NCBI GenBank assembly: GCA_049289395.1
Contig: JBATLQ010000015.1
Coordinates: forward strand, 1-44,578
Direction of reading: 5' to 3'
Source: Candidatus Moraniibacteriota bacterium
Lineage (GTDB): Bacteria; Patescibacteriota; Minisyncoccia; Moranbacterales; UBA1568
Length of the DNA: 44,578 bases
In this document: piece after piece, positions 17,101 to 24,417 of the stretch
Layout of the letters: the number at the start of each line of letters is the position of its first letter
How positions within the stretch are numbered: position 1 is the first letter of the stretch
Program-made: the position numbers and the translations under genes
The notes under the pieces: model-generated
What the model saw: only the letters and a program-made list of their open reading frames with translations
Database searches by the model: none
What the model was told of the DNA's origin: nothing

Positions 17101-19267
17101 CACTTATAAATTTGACAATATCGCTCCGATCAATCCATCGGTTATTTCAGTGCTCCCGACTGGTTATACGGCTATCGACAATTTTGCTTTTACTTGGTCG
17201 GCGGATGCATCTGATTTGTTTTCGGCCATAGCGAAAATCCAGTATCGCACCGATGGAGATATCGCGGACACTTGGATAGATATCTTGGATGTCAATCAGG
17301 TTTCACTCACTATACCGAATGTGGATCATATCGTCGGCGCTTATCAATCGGGGAAAAACAAATTTTACCTCCGCGTTGTGGATGGCGCCGGAAATGTTTC
17401 GCCACCGCTCCTCCAGGAGTATTACTTCAGTGCCAGTGCCCCGACTCCACCACAGATCCTCGCCGCGACACCGACCACCTCATCCAATAACTCATTCGCC
17501 TTCTCATGGGATATCCCTTCCTCATATGCCGGAGATCCGACGAAAATCGTGTATCACTATTCCGTCAATATCCTCCCTACCGCGAATAACTCAGTGTCAA
17601 CAGCAGCCAAAGCGGCTGGGCCGAGTGCTTTCGCGACCCAAAAGGGCGACAATCTTTTCTTCGTCGTTGCCGAAGATGAATCGGGAAATATAGAATGGGG
17701 GAATTATGCTTCCGTCACTTTCACCGCTGATACGAGCAATCCTCCTATCCCGGGCAATGTGCAGATATTCGACACCTCGGATCGGGAAAATTCTAAGTAT
17801 GGTATCGCGGTGAAGTGGGCGAGGCCAGACGGCATTGATTCCGCGAACTTCGATGGCTTCGTAATCTATCGTTCTGAGGACAATGTGACATTCGCCGAAA
17901 TCGCGAAGACGACAGGAAGCGCATATGTCGACTCGGGTGAAATCGTACTTCCATCGGGAGATACGACGCTCGAGAGTAAATTGTATTACTACTACATCAA
18001 ATCCAAGGATAAGACGAGTAATTATTCAGCGGCTTCTTCGACGGTGTCAATTGTTCCGACCGGGAAATATACGACTGCTCCGAAGCTCGTCGGGACGCCG
18101 AGTTACACCACGCAATCCTTCCTCGCGACTTTTAAATGGGCGACGGATCGAGTTGCGAGCTCGTTTATCGAGTATGGCAAGTCGATTTCTCTGGGGGAGA
18201 CAACCGGACAGGTAGATTCCGTGACGACTCACGAAGTGCTCGTGAAGGGTCTCGATGCTGGCACGAAGTATTTCTATCGAGTGAAATATATCGATCCCGA
18301 TGGGAATATCGGTACATCGACGGTGGATACCGTTACCACACTACCACCGCCGGTTATCTCAGATTTGACGATTACAGACATTCAGTTGAATACGGCGTAT
18401 GTCAGTTGGACGACCAATGTGAGCGCGACCTGTACCCTTGAGTATGGTGCCTACAGCATCGAGGAAACATCGGGTGGCTCGAGTCATGTACAAAAGATTG
18501 ACAAGCTTCAGCCAGCTTCTGATTACTCCGTACAGATTTCTTGTATTGACGGTGATCTCAATACATTTTCATCCGATCAGTATGCCTTCAGTACTCCGGA
18601 AGAGCCCCTGGTTTCCGATGTGACTATAGAAAATAAGGAGAATGTCGATCTCCCGACGATTACAATCGCATACAAGACAAATGTCCCGACTTCAACTCTG
18701 ATATACTATAAGTCAGGTGGAGAGAGTAATCATACCTACCTCACCGAAGATCTGGTGACAGAACATTCGGCTGAAATTTCTGATTTGAATCCGGCGGTAG
18801 AATATACCATCTCTGTTGCTGGAAAGGATGAGCACAATATCCAGACGACACCATTCGAACAGAAAATCACCACGCGTACGGATTCACGACCGCCGAAAAT
18901 ACTTGAAAATAAGGCGATGGGACGGGTGTCAGGACGGGGCGCGAGTGCCCAGGCGAGTGTGTATATAAAGATTGAGACGGATGAAGTGTCGAAGATTCAT
19001 GTTGCCTATGCAAAGGGGATTGTCACGAAGTCGTTCGAGCAGTCAACGAGCGATGATTCGTTCAATACCTATCACCTCATTACGATCCCAGCTGAGGCGG
19101 GTGACGTGTATAGTTATCAGGTAGAGGCGTATGATGAGGCTGGAAACAAAACCACAACAGATGCGGCGACTGTTCCAGTCGAACAATCCAAAGCGAATGC
19201 CACCGAGGTTATCACGAGAACATTCCTCAACAATTTCGGATGGATTTCGAGGTTGACCGGAGGGTAA
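11171..19267 (+). CDS. giant (2698 aa) N-terminally anchored surface protein: K/R-rich N-terminal region, one TM, 2 x 12 Kelch-like blades, jelly-roll-like and FN3 domains
   Basis: GTG start with a strong SD. TM SSIIAMVAIAAVYIGGMNV at aa 305-323. 24 repeats of the F(Y/W)(R/K)Y..x..(N/D)TW..L type. Two GYYVYFGT..ADPVA FN3 units. Four C-terminal FN3/PAP-N-like units (e.g. FKWATDRVASSFIEYG...YFYRV). Confidence 0.85.
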   Translation: MRISRFLRRESSHRMVFLGTFLNTFFGMVRVKEKIKIQKKLPASKERLSVVKKTKKKEKEKAPATGKSISTRSRSLKKKVIRSKSLPDAVDASVVSLKKPVTQPLFQKKVIFQKRTIVSTKMQIFDRETEGRTLLRRFIEKSSIHQNVQIIPEESQNNKECLHGIANTSSETVSSRRRSTLRPVGGRGNALRNKLSLLRGSLLSFGKLQNTEEALFSRWKVYVTREILRWRVEIKQGIPPEGEPRQRVIIEAESLTEFLDTYVVTRRESYGKAYVRRLYFSRVCEQIQKTTVSLGKIIGAFSWRSSIIAMVAIAAVYIGGMNVSGAPFARTITTETEWGLGTTTNLSLESATDAIQLASDGSWSARTWAVPPDTVSAGSSSIFVGDNLYVIRGLSDKAFWKYDSVLNEWVELSDLPFPAYYGADMVADSTNGLLYVIFGGFSKKFYSYEIATDTWIELPELLDTPWTGASIGFDGTNPFVLRGNNSTDFWKYNVALNEWQSLAPSTLAVSTGANLVYGYDGNFYTPRGANTVTFYRYNIASNTWSTRTNITTGQNFNGDQKGAYANGYIYYARSANTTGFLRYDIVGNSWTVLATTPAAANYTSVAFNANDNLLYMLRSNNTYDLWKFDPTIGATGDWVGPQQVMNNTITMSTGSDLIWNEVTGAGGYMYAVRGGTLNFYRYDMTANTWSAMANLPATVTADTNCTYNGGYVYCPRGTNTTTFYRYTVASNTWATVTAAPGTVSNGGGASYNASTNRVYLLRGNGTANFYSTDVAVGPWTTLANTVVDGVTYAINIGGKLISDDTDLYATVGNGETAFLKFDTVAGTWSTLAPTPFAQYYGTTMTHASGKIYALAGYYKDETWEYTIATDTWRMLPSNQKYLYGRGPYNGADIEYAGGNSFYALTGLSTTDMWSFTSGTNNFVSTGSYVSEALDMAQVTDWVSFVASDTTPANTSIVYETRTSTDASSWSAWEAVVGTTIASPAQRYIQVQMTLATSDGVSTPTVSDYTITYNNSDTPPTNPTAVNAYSQISGGVTLTSGSTYLYEHPYFTFSGASSPEAGVEGYYVYFGTNASADPVADGSFQASTAYEVNQALDATTYYLRIKTRDNNGNVSAGTYSAFTYIYNGVAPALVETKTSQADFSAGTLSNVSATDVTDALRLSASGSSGFWNQTRITNSLAGMNYGSDSVQVNYGGTDYIFALRGGNSTGFYRYTIATDTWTSMAVTPGNVGYGGSIEAGPGDVLYATQGGNLPTFWKYDIALNTWSAVSSAPKNFYIGGSISYDGSRYIYGLPGSDDAFYRYDTTGDTWSARANAQFGNPNTVDGQLVNYDSDSVYDGRNNIYVMQGNYYPYFAKYSIATDALYGETANTWTVLASAPTGVYTGGSLAYDTTTDSVYMTRGNWKSNYYKYAVETNSWSQLPDTPTTFGQGASQIVYNGYIYALGGNNTASFYRYNIAETSWEIPTMGIFGPAVPSTTAYFPYSYGTFAVSDEGENLYIVRGSYDNVFVRYNVTTGVTTEMARLPVGAYDGSSLVYVGNHNEIYYSPGAIGTTRLTGSNYFFKYDIPTNTWSEITTDRPPVQVGAGSSMTYDGTQYIYLTRGAGQTTWWRYDLNAIAGSRWSVMSTVGAPNVTTGGEMVYNGGYIYSIRGGNNANYRYDINAGTWATMPVLPATISSGGSIADGHDGYIYTTRGANTSNYYRYLLADGLAGTWEAVTDVPAQVNIGGFQKHLSNRNWVTAGNGTNSYPDGLYSYVVSSTGNGTGFQKTGTYTSETLNLVSVYKWANFSANYTLPNNTFVTFETRTSADGATWDNWTNISNEQVLGTTHTFKINSAPNGYLQVRANLSSSDRIFSPLITDYSVSYYQDVTEPTNPSAVSAYTSVAKTAGITTNTWYNHTAPYFEWPAVDGVGGATDGSGGSGVAGYYVYFGTDSNADPVAFQTTNTYTASGLSAGQSYYLKIMTEDNAGVITASSYSAFTYKFDNIAPINPSVISVLPTGYTAIDNFAFTWSADASDLFSAIAKIQYRTDGDIADTWIDILDVNQVSLTIPNVDHIVGAYQSGKNKFYLRVVDGAGNVSPPLLQEYYFSASAPTPPQILAATPTTSSNNSFAFSWDIPSSYAGDPTKIVYHYSVNILPTANNSVSTAAKAAGPSAFATQKGDNLFFVVAEDESGNIEWGNYASVTFTADTSNPPIPGNVQIFDTSDRENSKYGIAVKWARPDGIDSANFDGFVIYRSEDNVTFAEIAKTTGSAYVDSGEIVLPSGDTTLESKLYYYYIKSKDKTSNYSAASSTVSIVPTGKYTTAPKLVGTPSYTTQSFLATFKWATDRVASSFIEYGKSISLGETTGQVDSVTTHEVLVKGLDAGTKYFYRVKYIDPDGNIGTSTVDTVTTLPPPVISDLTITDIQLNTAYVSWTTNVSATCTLEYGAYSIEETSGGSSHVQKIDKLQPASDYSVQISCIDGDLNTFSSDQYAFSTPEEPLVSDVTIENKENVDLPTITIAYKTNVPTSTLIYYKSGGESNHTYLTEDLVTEHSAEISDLNPAVEYTISVAGKDEHNIQTTPFEQKITTRTDSRPPKILENKAMGRVSGRGASAQASVYIKIETDEVSKIHVAYAKGIVTKSFEQSTSDDSFNTYHLITIPAEAGDVYSYQVEAYDEAGNKTTTDAATVPVEQSKANATEVITRTFLNNFGWISRLTGG

Positions 19268-19303
19268 GAGTCAATATACTCGCAGGATAAAGGAATATGA
19301 GGT

Positions 19304-20050
19304 ATGTCTGAAGACAAAGAAATTGTCATTCGTGTTGTGGGATTGAAAAAAAGTTTCCATGTAGGAGAGCAGGATATCCCCGTGCTTCATGGTATCGACC
19401 TTGAAATCCTCAGAGGGGAATTCGTCCTGCTCGTCGGACCATCCGGTTGTGGGAAGTCAACACTCCTCCACTCGATCTATGGTCTCGAAAATCCCACAGA
19501 AGGGACGGTTATTATCGGAAAAGAAGATATCTGGGCGAAGAATAAGGATTGGCGGGCAAACTTCAGGAATAAATATATCGGATTTATCCCTCAGCAACCG
19601 TTCTGGATTAAATCATTGACGGTTATCGAAAACATCGCGATACCAGGAGTGATCAGTGGGAAGACATTCAGCGAGAGTATCGTTTTCGCCGCGAAGCTGA
19701 TCGAATTGGTCGGCATGGGTGAGTGGGCGAATCACCGACCGTATGACCTCTCCGGTGGTCAACAACAACGGATCGCACTCGCGAGGTCGCTCCTCCTCAA
19801 TCCGAAGTTTATCATCGCTGATGAACCGACGGGCAATCTCGATATGAAGGCGGGAGAGACCCTCATGAAACTGCTTCGGAATATCTCGAAACAGTTTCAT
19901 ATAACCATCATGATGGTGACGCACAACCTCGATCAGTACAAGTTTGGATCGAGAATCGTGAATATGGTAGATGGGAAAATCATTTCGGATGTAATCAATG
20001 GGAATTCTATTGATACGATTGAGGAGGATACACAGACGGCACAATCATAA
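19304..20050 (+). CDS. ABC transporter ATP-binding protein, MacB/LolD/FtsE-like
   Basis: Walker A GPSGCGKSTLL, signature LSGGQQQRIALARS, Walker B IIADEPTGNLD. Confidence 0.9.
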   Translation: MSEDKEIVIRVVGLKKSFHVGEQDIPVLHGIDLEILRGEFVLLVGPSGCGKSTLLHSIYGLENPTEGTVIIGKEDIWAKNKDWRANFRNKYIGFIPQQPFWIKSLTVIENIAIPGVISGKTFSESIVFAAKLIELVGMGEWANHRPYDLSGGQQQRIALARSLLLNPKFIIADEPTGNLDMKAGETLMKLLRNISKQFHITIMMVTHNLDQYKFGSRIVNMVDGKIISDVINGNSIDTIEEDTQTAQS

Positions 20051-20054
20051 CGCT

Positions 20055-21386
20055 ATGCACTTCCCATTTCAAAAAAGCACGAAGAAGCCTGAGACTGTAT
20101 CCACACAAGATGCACCGCCTTTGAGCGAGGCTGATATGGCTCGTTTTTCTCATATGCAGTTCTCATCGGTCATCTTTATCGGTTATCGAAATATGTTTTC
20201 GAATAGAATGCGATCCATACTGACTATCGGGGGAGTGGCTATCGGAATCGGTATTATTACTCTGCTTATCTCACTCGGTTTCGGCGTACAGGGCATGGTG
20301 ATCCGCGAGGTGACGAAGAATAACCCGAGCAATATCATCGATATCAGCAATAAAAGCCTGGAGAGTTTCATCCTGCTGGATAAGAATACGCTGAAGCGAA
20401 TTCGGAGTATCGAGGGTGTCGAACAGGTTGAGATTCGAACGAGTGTCGGCGGGAAATTGTTTTATGGAGAGTCTCAAACGGATATGACGCTCAATGTGAT
20501 CAGCCGACACTACCTCGACTTGGCGCGGTCGGATATAGATTTGGCACTGAGGGAGAAAATGTTTCTCCAGGGCGAATCGATTATTATTACGCCGAAGCTC
20601 GCGACTCTGCTCGGTTTCGAGAATCCAGAGGAGAGTGTCGGGAAAACCATAGAATACAGCACGGTGATAACGGATGATATGCTGGCTGATGTGGAGGAAA
20701 TACCGGAAGAGACACCGAAGAGCGATACAGAGAATATGCTGACGATAGTCGGCGTCGTGAAGGATCAGACCAAGGATGATGCCGTGTACGCATATATTCC
20801 GTTTGAGGAGGTGAGAGAACGATATGGAAATGTAGCGGGACAGTTTGCCAAAGTGCGGGTGAAAGATGACACGGTTATCAACTCAGTGCGTTCGCAGATT
20901 GAACAGACATCCTTCGTAACGGAAAGTATCGTCGATACGGTCGCCGATATCAATTCATTCTTCCTCATCGTGCGATCCATTCTCATCATCTTCGGTGTTA
21001 TTATTATGTCGATTTCTGCTATGGGCATGCTCAATACCCTCAGTATTTCCCTTCTCCAACGAACCAAGGAAGTGGGGATACTGAAGGCTCTCGGGACGAA
21101 GAGGACTGATATATTCAAGATGTTTATTCTCGAGGCTTTTCTGATCAGCTTCTTTGGAGGAGCGATGGGGCTCCTGTTCGGATATGGAGCAGCGAAAGGC
21201 ATCAACTACGGCATGAATATGTTGGCCACGAAATACGGCGTAGCAGCAGCGAGTTTCGTGGAGGTTCCGACGGCCTTCATTATCTCTATCATCGTGTTTA
21301 TATTTTTCCTCGGATTGGTAACAGGAATCTTTCCGGCTATGCGTGCCTCGAAAATCCATGCTTTGGAGGCATTGAGATATGAATAA
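20055..21386 (+). CDS. ABC transporter permease, FtsX/MacB family with large extracytoplasmic loop
   Basis: TM1 ILTIGGVAIGIGIITLLISLGFG, then a loop of about 230 aa, then three C-terminal TMs with a KALG motif (ILKALGTKRTDI). Start moved to ATG 20055, just after the ATPase stop. Confidence 0.85.
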   Translation: MHFPFQKSTKKPETVSTQDAPPLSEADMARFSHMQFSSVIFIGYRNMFSNRMRSILTIGGVAIGIGIITLLISLGFGVQGMVIREVTKNNPSNIIDISNKSLESFILLDKNTLKRIRSIEGVEQVEIRTSVGGKLFYGESQTDMTLNVISRHYLDLARSDIDLALREKMFLQGESIIITPKLATLLGFENPEESVGKTIEYSTVITDDMLADVEEIPEETPKSDTENMLTIVGVVKDQTKDDAVYAYIPFEEVRERYGNVAGQFAKVRVKDDTVINSVRSQIEQTSFVTESIVDTVADINSFFLIVRSILIIFGVIIMSISAMGMLNTLSISLLQRTKEVGILKALGTKRTDIFKMFILEAFLISFFGGAMGLLFGYGAAKGINYGMNMLATKYGVAAASFVEVPTAFIISIIVFIFFLGLVTGIFPAMRASKIHALEALRYE

Positions 21387-21452
21387 ATGAACTCTGCTCT
21401 CAATGGAGGTGTTTTTCGTTATACAAAGCAATAGGCCCTCAACCCTAAATCT

Positions 21453-22376
21453 TCACCTCTTCCTCTTCGTCGCATGGAATTTCCTATGCGTTTCTTTCAA
21501 GTATTCATTCGAAACATGGGTGTAGATCTGGGTGGTGGTGATGGAAGAGTGTCCGAGCATAGTCTGCACGCTTCGGATATCCGCACCATTCTGCAGGAGG
21601 TCGGTCGCGAAACTGTGACGCAGGGTATGCGGGTGGACATCCTTCACGATACCGGCCTTGGTCGCATAGTGTTTCACGAGTCGTTGGATGCTCCGTGGCG
21701 TCAGCCGAAGTGTCTTGCGACTACTTCGTTCAGGATTTTTCGGAAAGGAGACGAAGAGCGCCGGGTCGATGTCGTCTCGGAGCTTTAGATAAGTCTCTAT
21801 CGAGTCTCTCGCTTCGGGGGAGAGGAAGACGATGCGGAGCTTGCTCCCTTTGCCACGAACACTGAATTCTTCTTTGGTGAGGTTCACATGATCGCGGTTG
21901 AGATTCGTGAGTTCGGACACACGGAGCCCTGCCGAGAAGAGGAGTTCCAGAATGGCGTGGTCGCGGAGTGACTTGCGGTCGTCTCCTCCTGCGGCGGCGA
22001 TGAGTCGCTCCACCTCATCGTATTCGAGGTATTCGATCTCTCGCATGGGAGTTTTGCCGATTTCCACTTTCTCGGCAGAGACGCATTCGACATCATCTTT
22101 GGCGAGAAATTTGAGAAAAGACCTGAGGACGACGACATGGAAAGCCTGGGTTACTTTCTTCATATTTCCTCCTCGGCCGTTTTCAGAGCGGTTGAGGAAA
22201 ATCCGATATTCGCGGATTTTTTCCAGAGTGATATCACTCGGCTCCTCGGCTCCAGACCAAGTCAGGAACTTTTCGAGGGAGCGATGATAATTGGAGAGGG
22301 TGCGCGGAGCACGGTCAAGTTCGATCTCGAGGTGTTCGAGGTAGCGAGTGACGAGTTTTTGGAGGGGAGTTTTCAT
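21453..22376 (-). CDS. tyrosine site-specific recombinase, XerC/XerD family
   Basis: AGLRVSEL, KGSKLR, HTLRHSFAT and LGHSSITTTQIYTHV supply the R..K..HxxR..H..Y catalytic pattern. Confidence 0.9.
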   Translation of the reverse strand: MKTPLQKLVTRYLEHLEIELDRAPRTLSNYHRSLEKFLTWSGAEEPSDITLEKIREYRIFLNRSENGRGGNMKKVTQAFHVVVLRSFLKFLAKDDVECVSAEKVEIGKTPMREIEYLEYDEVERLIAAAGGDDRKSLRDHAILELLFSAGLRVSELTNLNRDHVNLTKEEFSVRGKGSKLRIVFLSPEARDSIETYLKLRDDIDPALFVSFPKNPERSSRKTLRLTPRSIQRLVKHYATKAGIVKDVHPHTLRHSFATDLLQNGADIRSVQTMLGHSSITTTQIYTHVSNEYLKETHRKFHATKRKR

Positions 22377-22439
22377 AGGAAGGGGTATGAAGACATTGTA
22401 CAGTATGTGTTTTGGGAGGGATAGGAGTTACAGCGAAGA

Positions 22440-22512
22440 GTAACTGGTAACTTGTAATCGGTAATCATGGGGAATGCATTCCTCGTTACGAGTTTCTCAT
22501 TACCAGTTACCA
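22440..22512. promoter_or_regulatory. symmetric array: four 7-bp GTAAY repeats, a 12-bp perfect palindrome, then four inverted 7-bp repeats
   Basis: gtaactg gtaactt gtaatcg gtaatca tgg GGAATGCATTCC tc gttacga gtttctc attacca gttacca. The outer 11-mers GTAACTGGTAA / TTACCAGTTAC are exact reverse complements. Confidence 0.6.
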
Positions 22513-22611
22513 CTTTTTCAGACGAACCAAACTTTCTTATAATGAGCAATTTTTATGATGGTATGCCGTATTAATTTTTACTTTATTTGAGCCATAAATA
22601 GCACTTTTTCA

Positions 22612-22640
22612 TTGACAGATGGTAGCGATCGCGCTAGAAT
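22612..22640 (+). promoter_or_regulatory. promoter TTGACA-17-TAGAAT
   Basis: TTGACA 22612-22617, TAGAAT 22635-22640. Confidence 0.55.
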
Positions 22641-22761
22641 ACCCTTTGTAAAAATTAAGGAAAAAGCCGATGACGCGATCAAGGCAGAATCTCTGCCCTC
22701 CTCGTCTACCGCTTGGACCGATTGAAGGGCCTCTCCTATTTTCAAGCAATTCCTCAGGTTT

Positions 22762-23979
22762 TTGCATGACAGACAGGCAGACCTCCGTAGCAGGCTTCGG
22801 GAATCTCATACCCGAATTCATTATTTTCAGACTCTTTTTGCTCGTTTCGTAAAAGAAGGCCGGTTCGGCCGGTACCTTCTGCGTACTTTTCGTACATCGG
22901 CAGCTTTTTCGGTGGTATTTTCGAGTGCTATCCTCGTATCCGCGACCAACTTCTCGCATCAGCGGGAGGAAGGCGGGATGCTCTTCGGTTATTTCGGTAG
23001 TGAACAGAAAGTCGCGCTCGCTTCGGCAGAGAAGCGACTTTCATCGCGTTTGCCGAGGACGGACAATCTCTCTCTCGCCCCCCTCGCGAGTGCTGGTTCG
23101 AGTGTGGATACGAACAAGGAGGATGTCGGCACCATCCTCGATATCGCGGGGAATAGTAATCTCTCTTTGGAGAGCCAGGTCGTTATTTCCAATTATCAGT
23201 CCGGGGCGAATGCTTCTCGGGATCCCGAGGAAGGCGAAGGCGTGAAGATCTATACGGTCGCACAGGGGGATACGGTGTCCGGTATCGCGACGGCGTATGG
23301 TATCACGGTGAATACGATTCTCTGGGCGAATGATTTGGAAAATGTAGACTCGATCAAGCCGGGCGATCAGATATTTATCTTGCCGGTCGCGGGGCTGACC
23401 TATGTCATCAAATCTGGCGAATCACTCGATGATATCGCGAAGAAGTTCAAGGCGGACAAAGGGAATATCATCGCTTTCAATAACCTCCCGGCAAATGGAG
23501 ATATCAATGCGGGGGAGAGTATCATCATCCCCGGAGGGAGTAAGGATGTGCCGGTGAGTGCCAGCGATGCTTCTGCTCTCGCAAGGCGTCAGTATGCTAC
23601 TTCGGGTGGAGTGGGTGCGGCGACGGATCTCTCGACCGGCGGATGGAAGAAACTCGAGGGCAAGGCGGGCACGGGACATCGATTCCCGTACGGGTATTGC
23701 ACCTGGTATGTCGCGCAGAAACGATTCGTTCCGTGGAGTGGTAATGCGGGTACTTGGCTGTATAATGCGAGGAGCATGGGGTACAAGACGGGGCGTACTC
23801 CGGCCGTGGGAGCTATCGTCGTCACGACCGAGAACCGTTTCTATGGACATGTCGCGGTCGTGGAGAAGGTAGAGGCCGGTCAGATACTCGTCAGTGAAAT
23901 GAATTATCGTGGCTGGGCGAAAACGGATAGGCGATGGCTCTCGACCTCGAGTCGGGTTATCAAGGGATACATCTATTAA
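22762..23979 (+). CDS. peptidoglycan hydrolase: signal anchor, two LysM domains, C-terminal CHAP domain
   Basis: LysM: YTVAQGDTVSGIATAYGITVNTILWAN and YVIKSGESLDDIAKKFKADKGNIIAFNNL. CHAP: YGYCTWYVAQKR ... GHVAVVE. The start (TTG 22762) is uncertain. Confidence 0.8.
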   Translation: MHDRQADLRSRLRESHTRIHYFQTLFARFVKEGRFGRYLLRTFRTSAAFSVVFSSAILVSATNFSHQREEGGMLFGYFGSEQKVALASAEKRLSSRLPRTDNLSLAPLASAGSSVDTNKEDVGTILDIAGNSNLSLESQVVISNYQSGANASRDPEEGEGVKIYTVAQGDTVSGIATAYGITVNTILWANDLENVDSIKPGDQIFILPVAGLTYVIKSGESLDDIAKKFKADKGNIIAFNNLPANGDINAGESIIIPGGSKDVPVSASDASALARRQYATSGGVGAATDLSTGGWKKLEGKAGTGHRFPYGYCTWYVAQKRFVPWSGNAGTWLYNARSMGYKTGRTPAVGAIVVTTENRFYGHVAVVEKVEAGQILVSEMNYRGWAKTDRRWLSTSSRVIKGYIY

Positions 23980-24026
23980 AGAAGAATAGAGAATATTGAA
24001 TTTAGAATAGAGAATGGAAGCAAACA

Positions 24027-24062
24027 ACGGTCGTTCCGCTTTTTGAGCGGTGCGACCGCTGT
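24027..24062 (+). repeat. post-stop hairpin repeat, canonical copy 1
   Basis: ACGGTCGTTCCGCTTTTTGAGCGGTGCGACCGCTGT. Stems CGGTCG/CGACCG and CCGC/GCGG surround the loop TTTTTGA. Begins 47 nt after the LysM-CHAP stop. Confidence 0.8.
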
Positions 24063-24083
24063 TTGTAAACAAGGAAAAACTGT

Positions 24084-24110
24084 AAAAAAAATCCCGCCGA
24101 GTGGCGGGAT
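24084..24110 (-). terminator. strong intrinsic terminator (minus strand)
   Basis: The minus strand reads ATCCCGCC-actc-GGCGGGAT followed by eight T. Confidence 0.8.
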
Positions 24111-24152
24111 GGGGTGTTCACTTACCGTGAACCGTAAGGAAAGGGACTCTTT

Positions 24153-24329
24153 TTAAAGGAGTCCGGCCTGACCGAAGAGGGTGAGGCTGATCACTGGCAT
24201 CAGGGCGAGGAGGAAGGCGAACGCCATTTCCTGTCCTTCTGCGTGTGCTGAACATCTCGGACATTCAGTCCCTTGACATTCGGCTGTCGATGGTGAGGAA
24301 CCATCTCCTTCTATGACGATTTCAGTCAT
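24153..24329 (-). CDS. 58-aa small protein (below the ORF-track cutoff): Cys-rich N-terminal half plus C-terminal TM
   Basis: Hand translation: MTEIVIEGDGSSPSTAECQGTECPRCSAHAEGQEMAFAFLLALMPVISLTLFGQAGLL. ATG is the first start after an in-frame TAA. The ORF is bracketed by its own promoter and terminator. Confidence 0.5.
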   Translation of the reverse strand: MTEIVIEGDGSSPSTAECQGTECPRCSAHAEGQEMAFAFLLALMPVISLTLFGQAGLL

Positions 24330-24371
24330 ATGTTTGTTTTTGCTTACGGATTAACTGTCAGATAAAAGAAA

Positions 24372-24400
24372 ACGGGAGTGCGCATGGAGCGCTCACCCGT
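24372..24400 (-). terminator. leader hairpin with T-tract (minus strand), between the promoter and the small ORF
   Basis: The minus strand reads ACGGGTGAGCGC-tccat-GCGCACTCCCGT (10 bp paired, 2 mismatches), then TTTTCTTTTAT. Confidence 0.4.
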
Positions 24401-24417
24401 TCTTTACTGACTCTATA

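Noticed and set aside
24120-24240. SRP RNA-like string (minus-strand GGTCAGGCCGGA)
   Set aside because: It matches only a few bases of the GGUCAGGUCCGGAAGGAAGCAGC core and lacks the GGAA tetraloop and symmetric loop. The segment is better explained as the 3' part of the 58-aa ORF.
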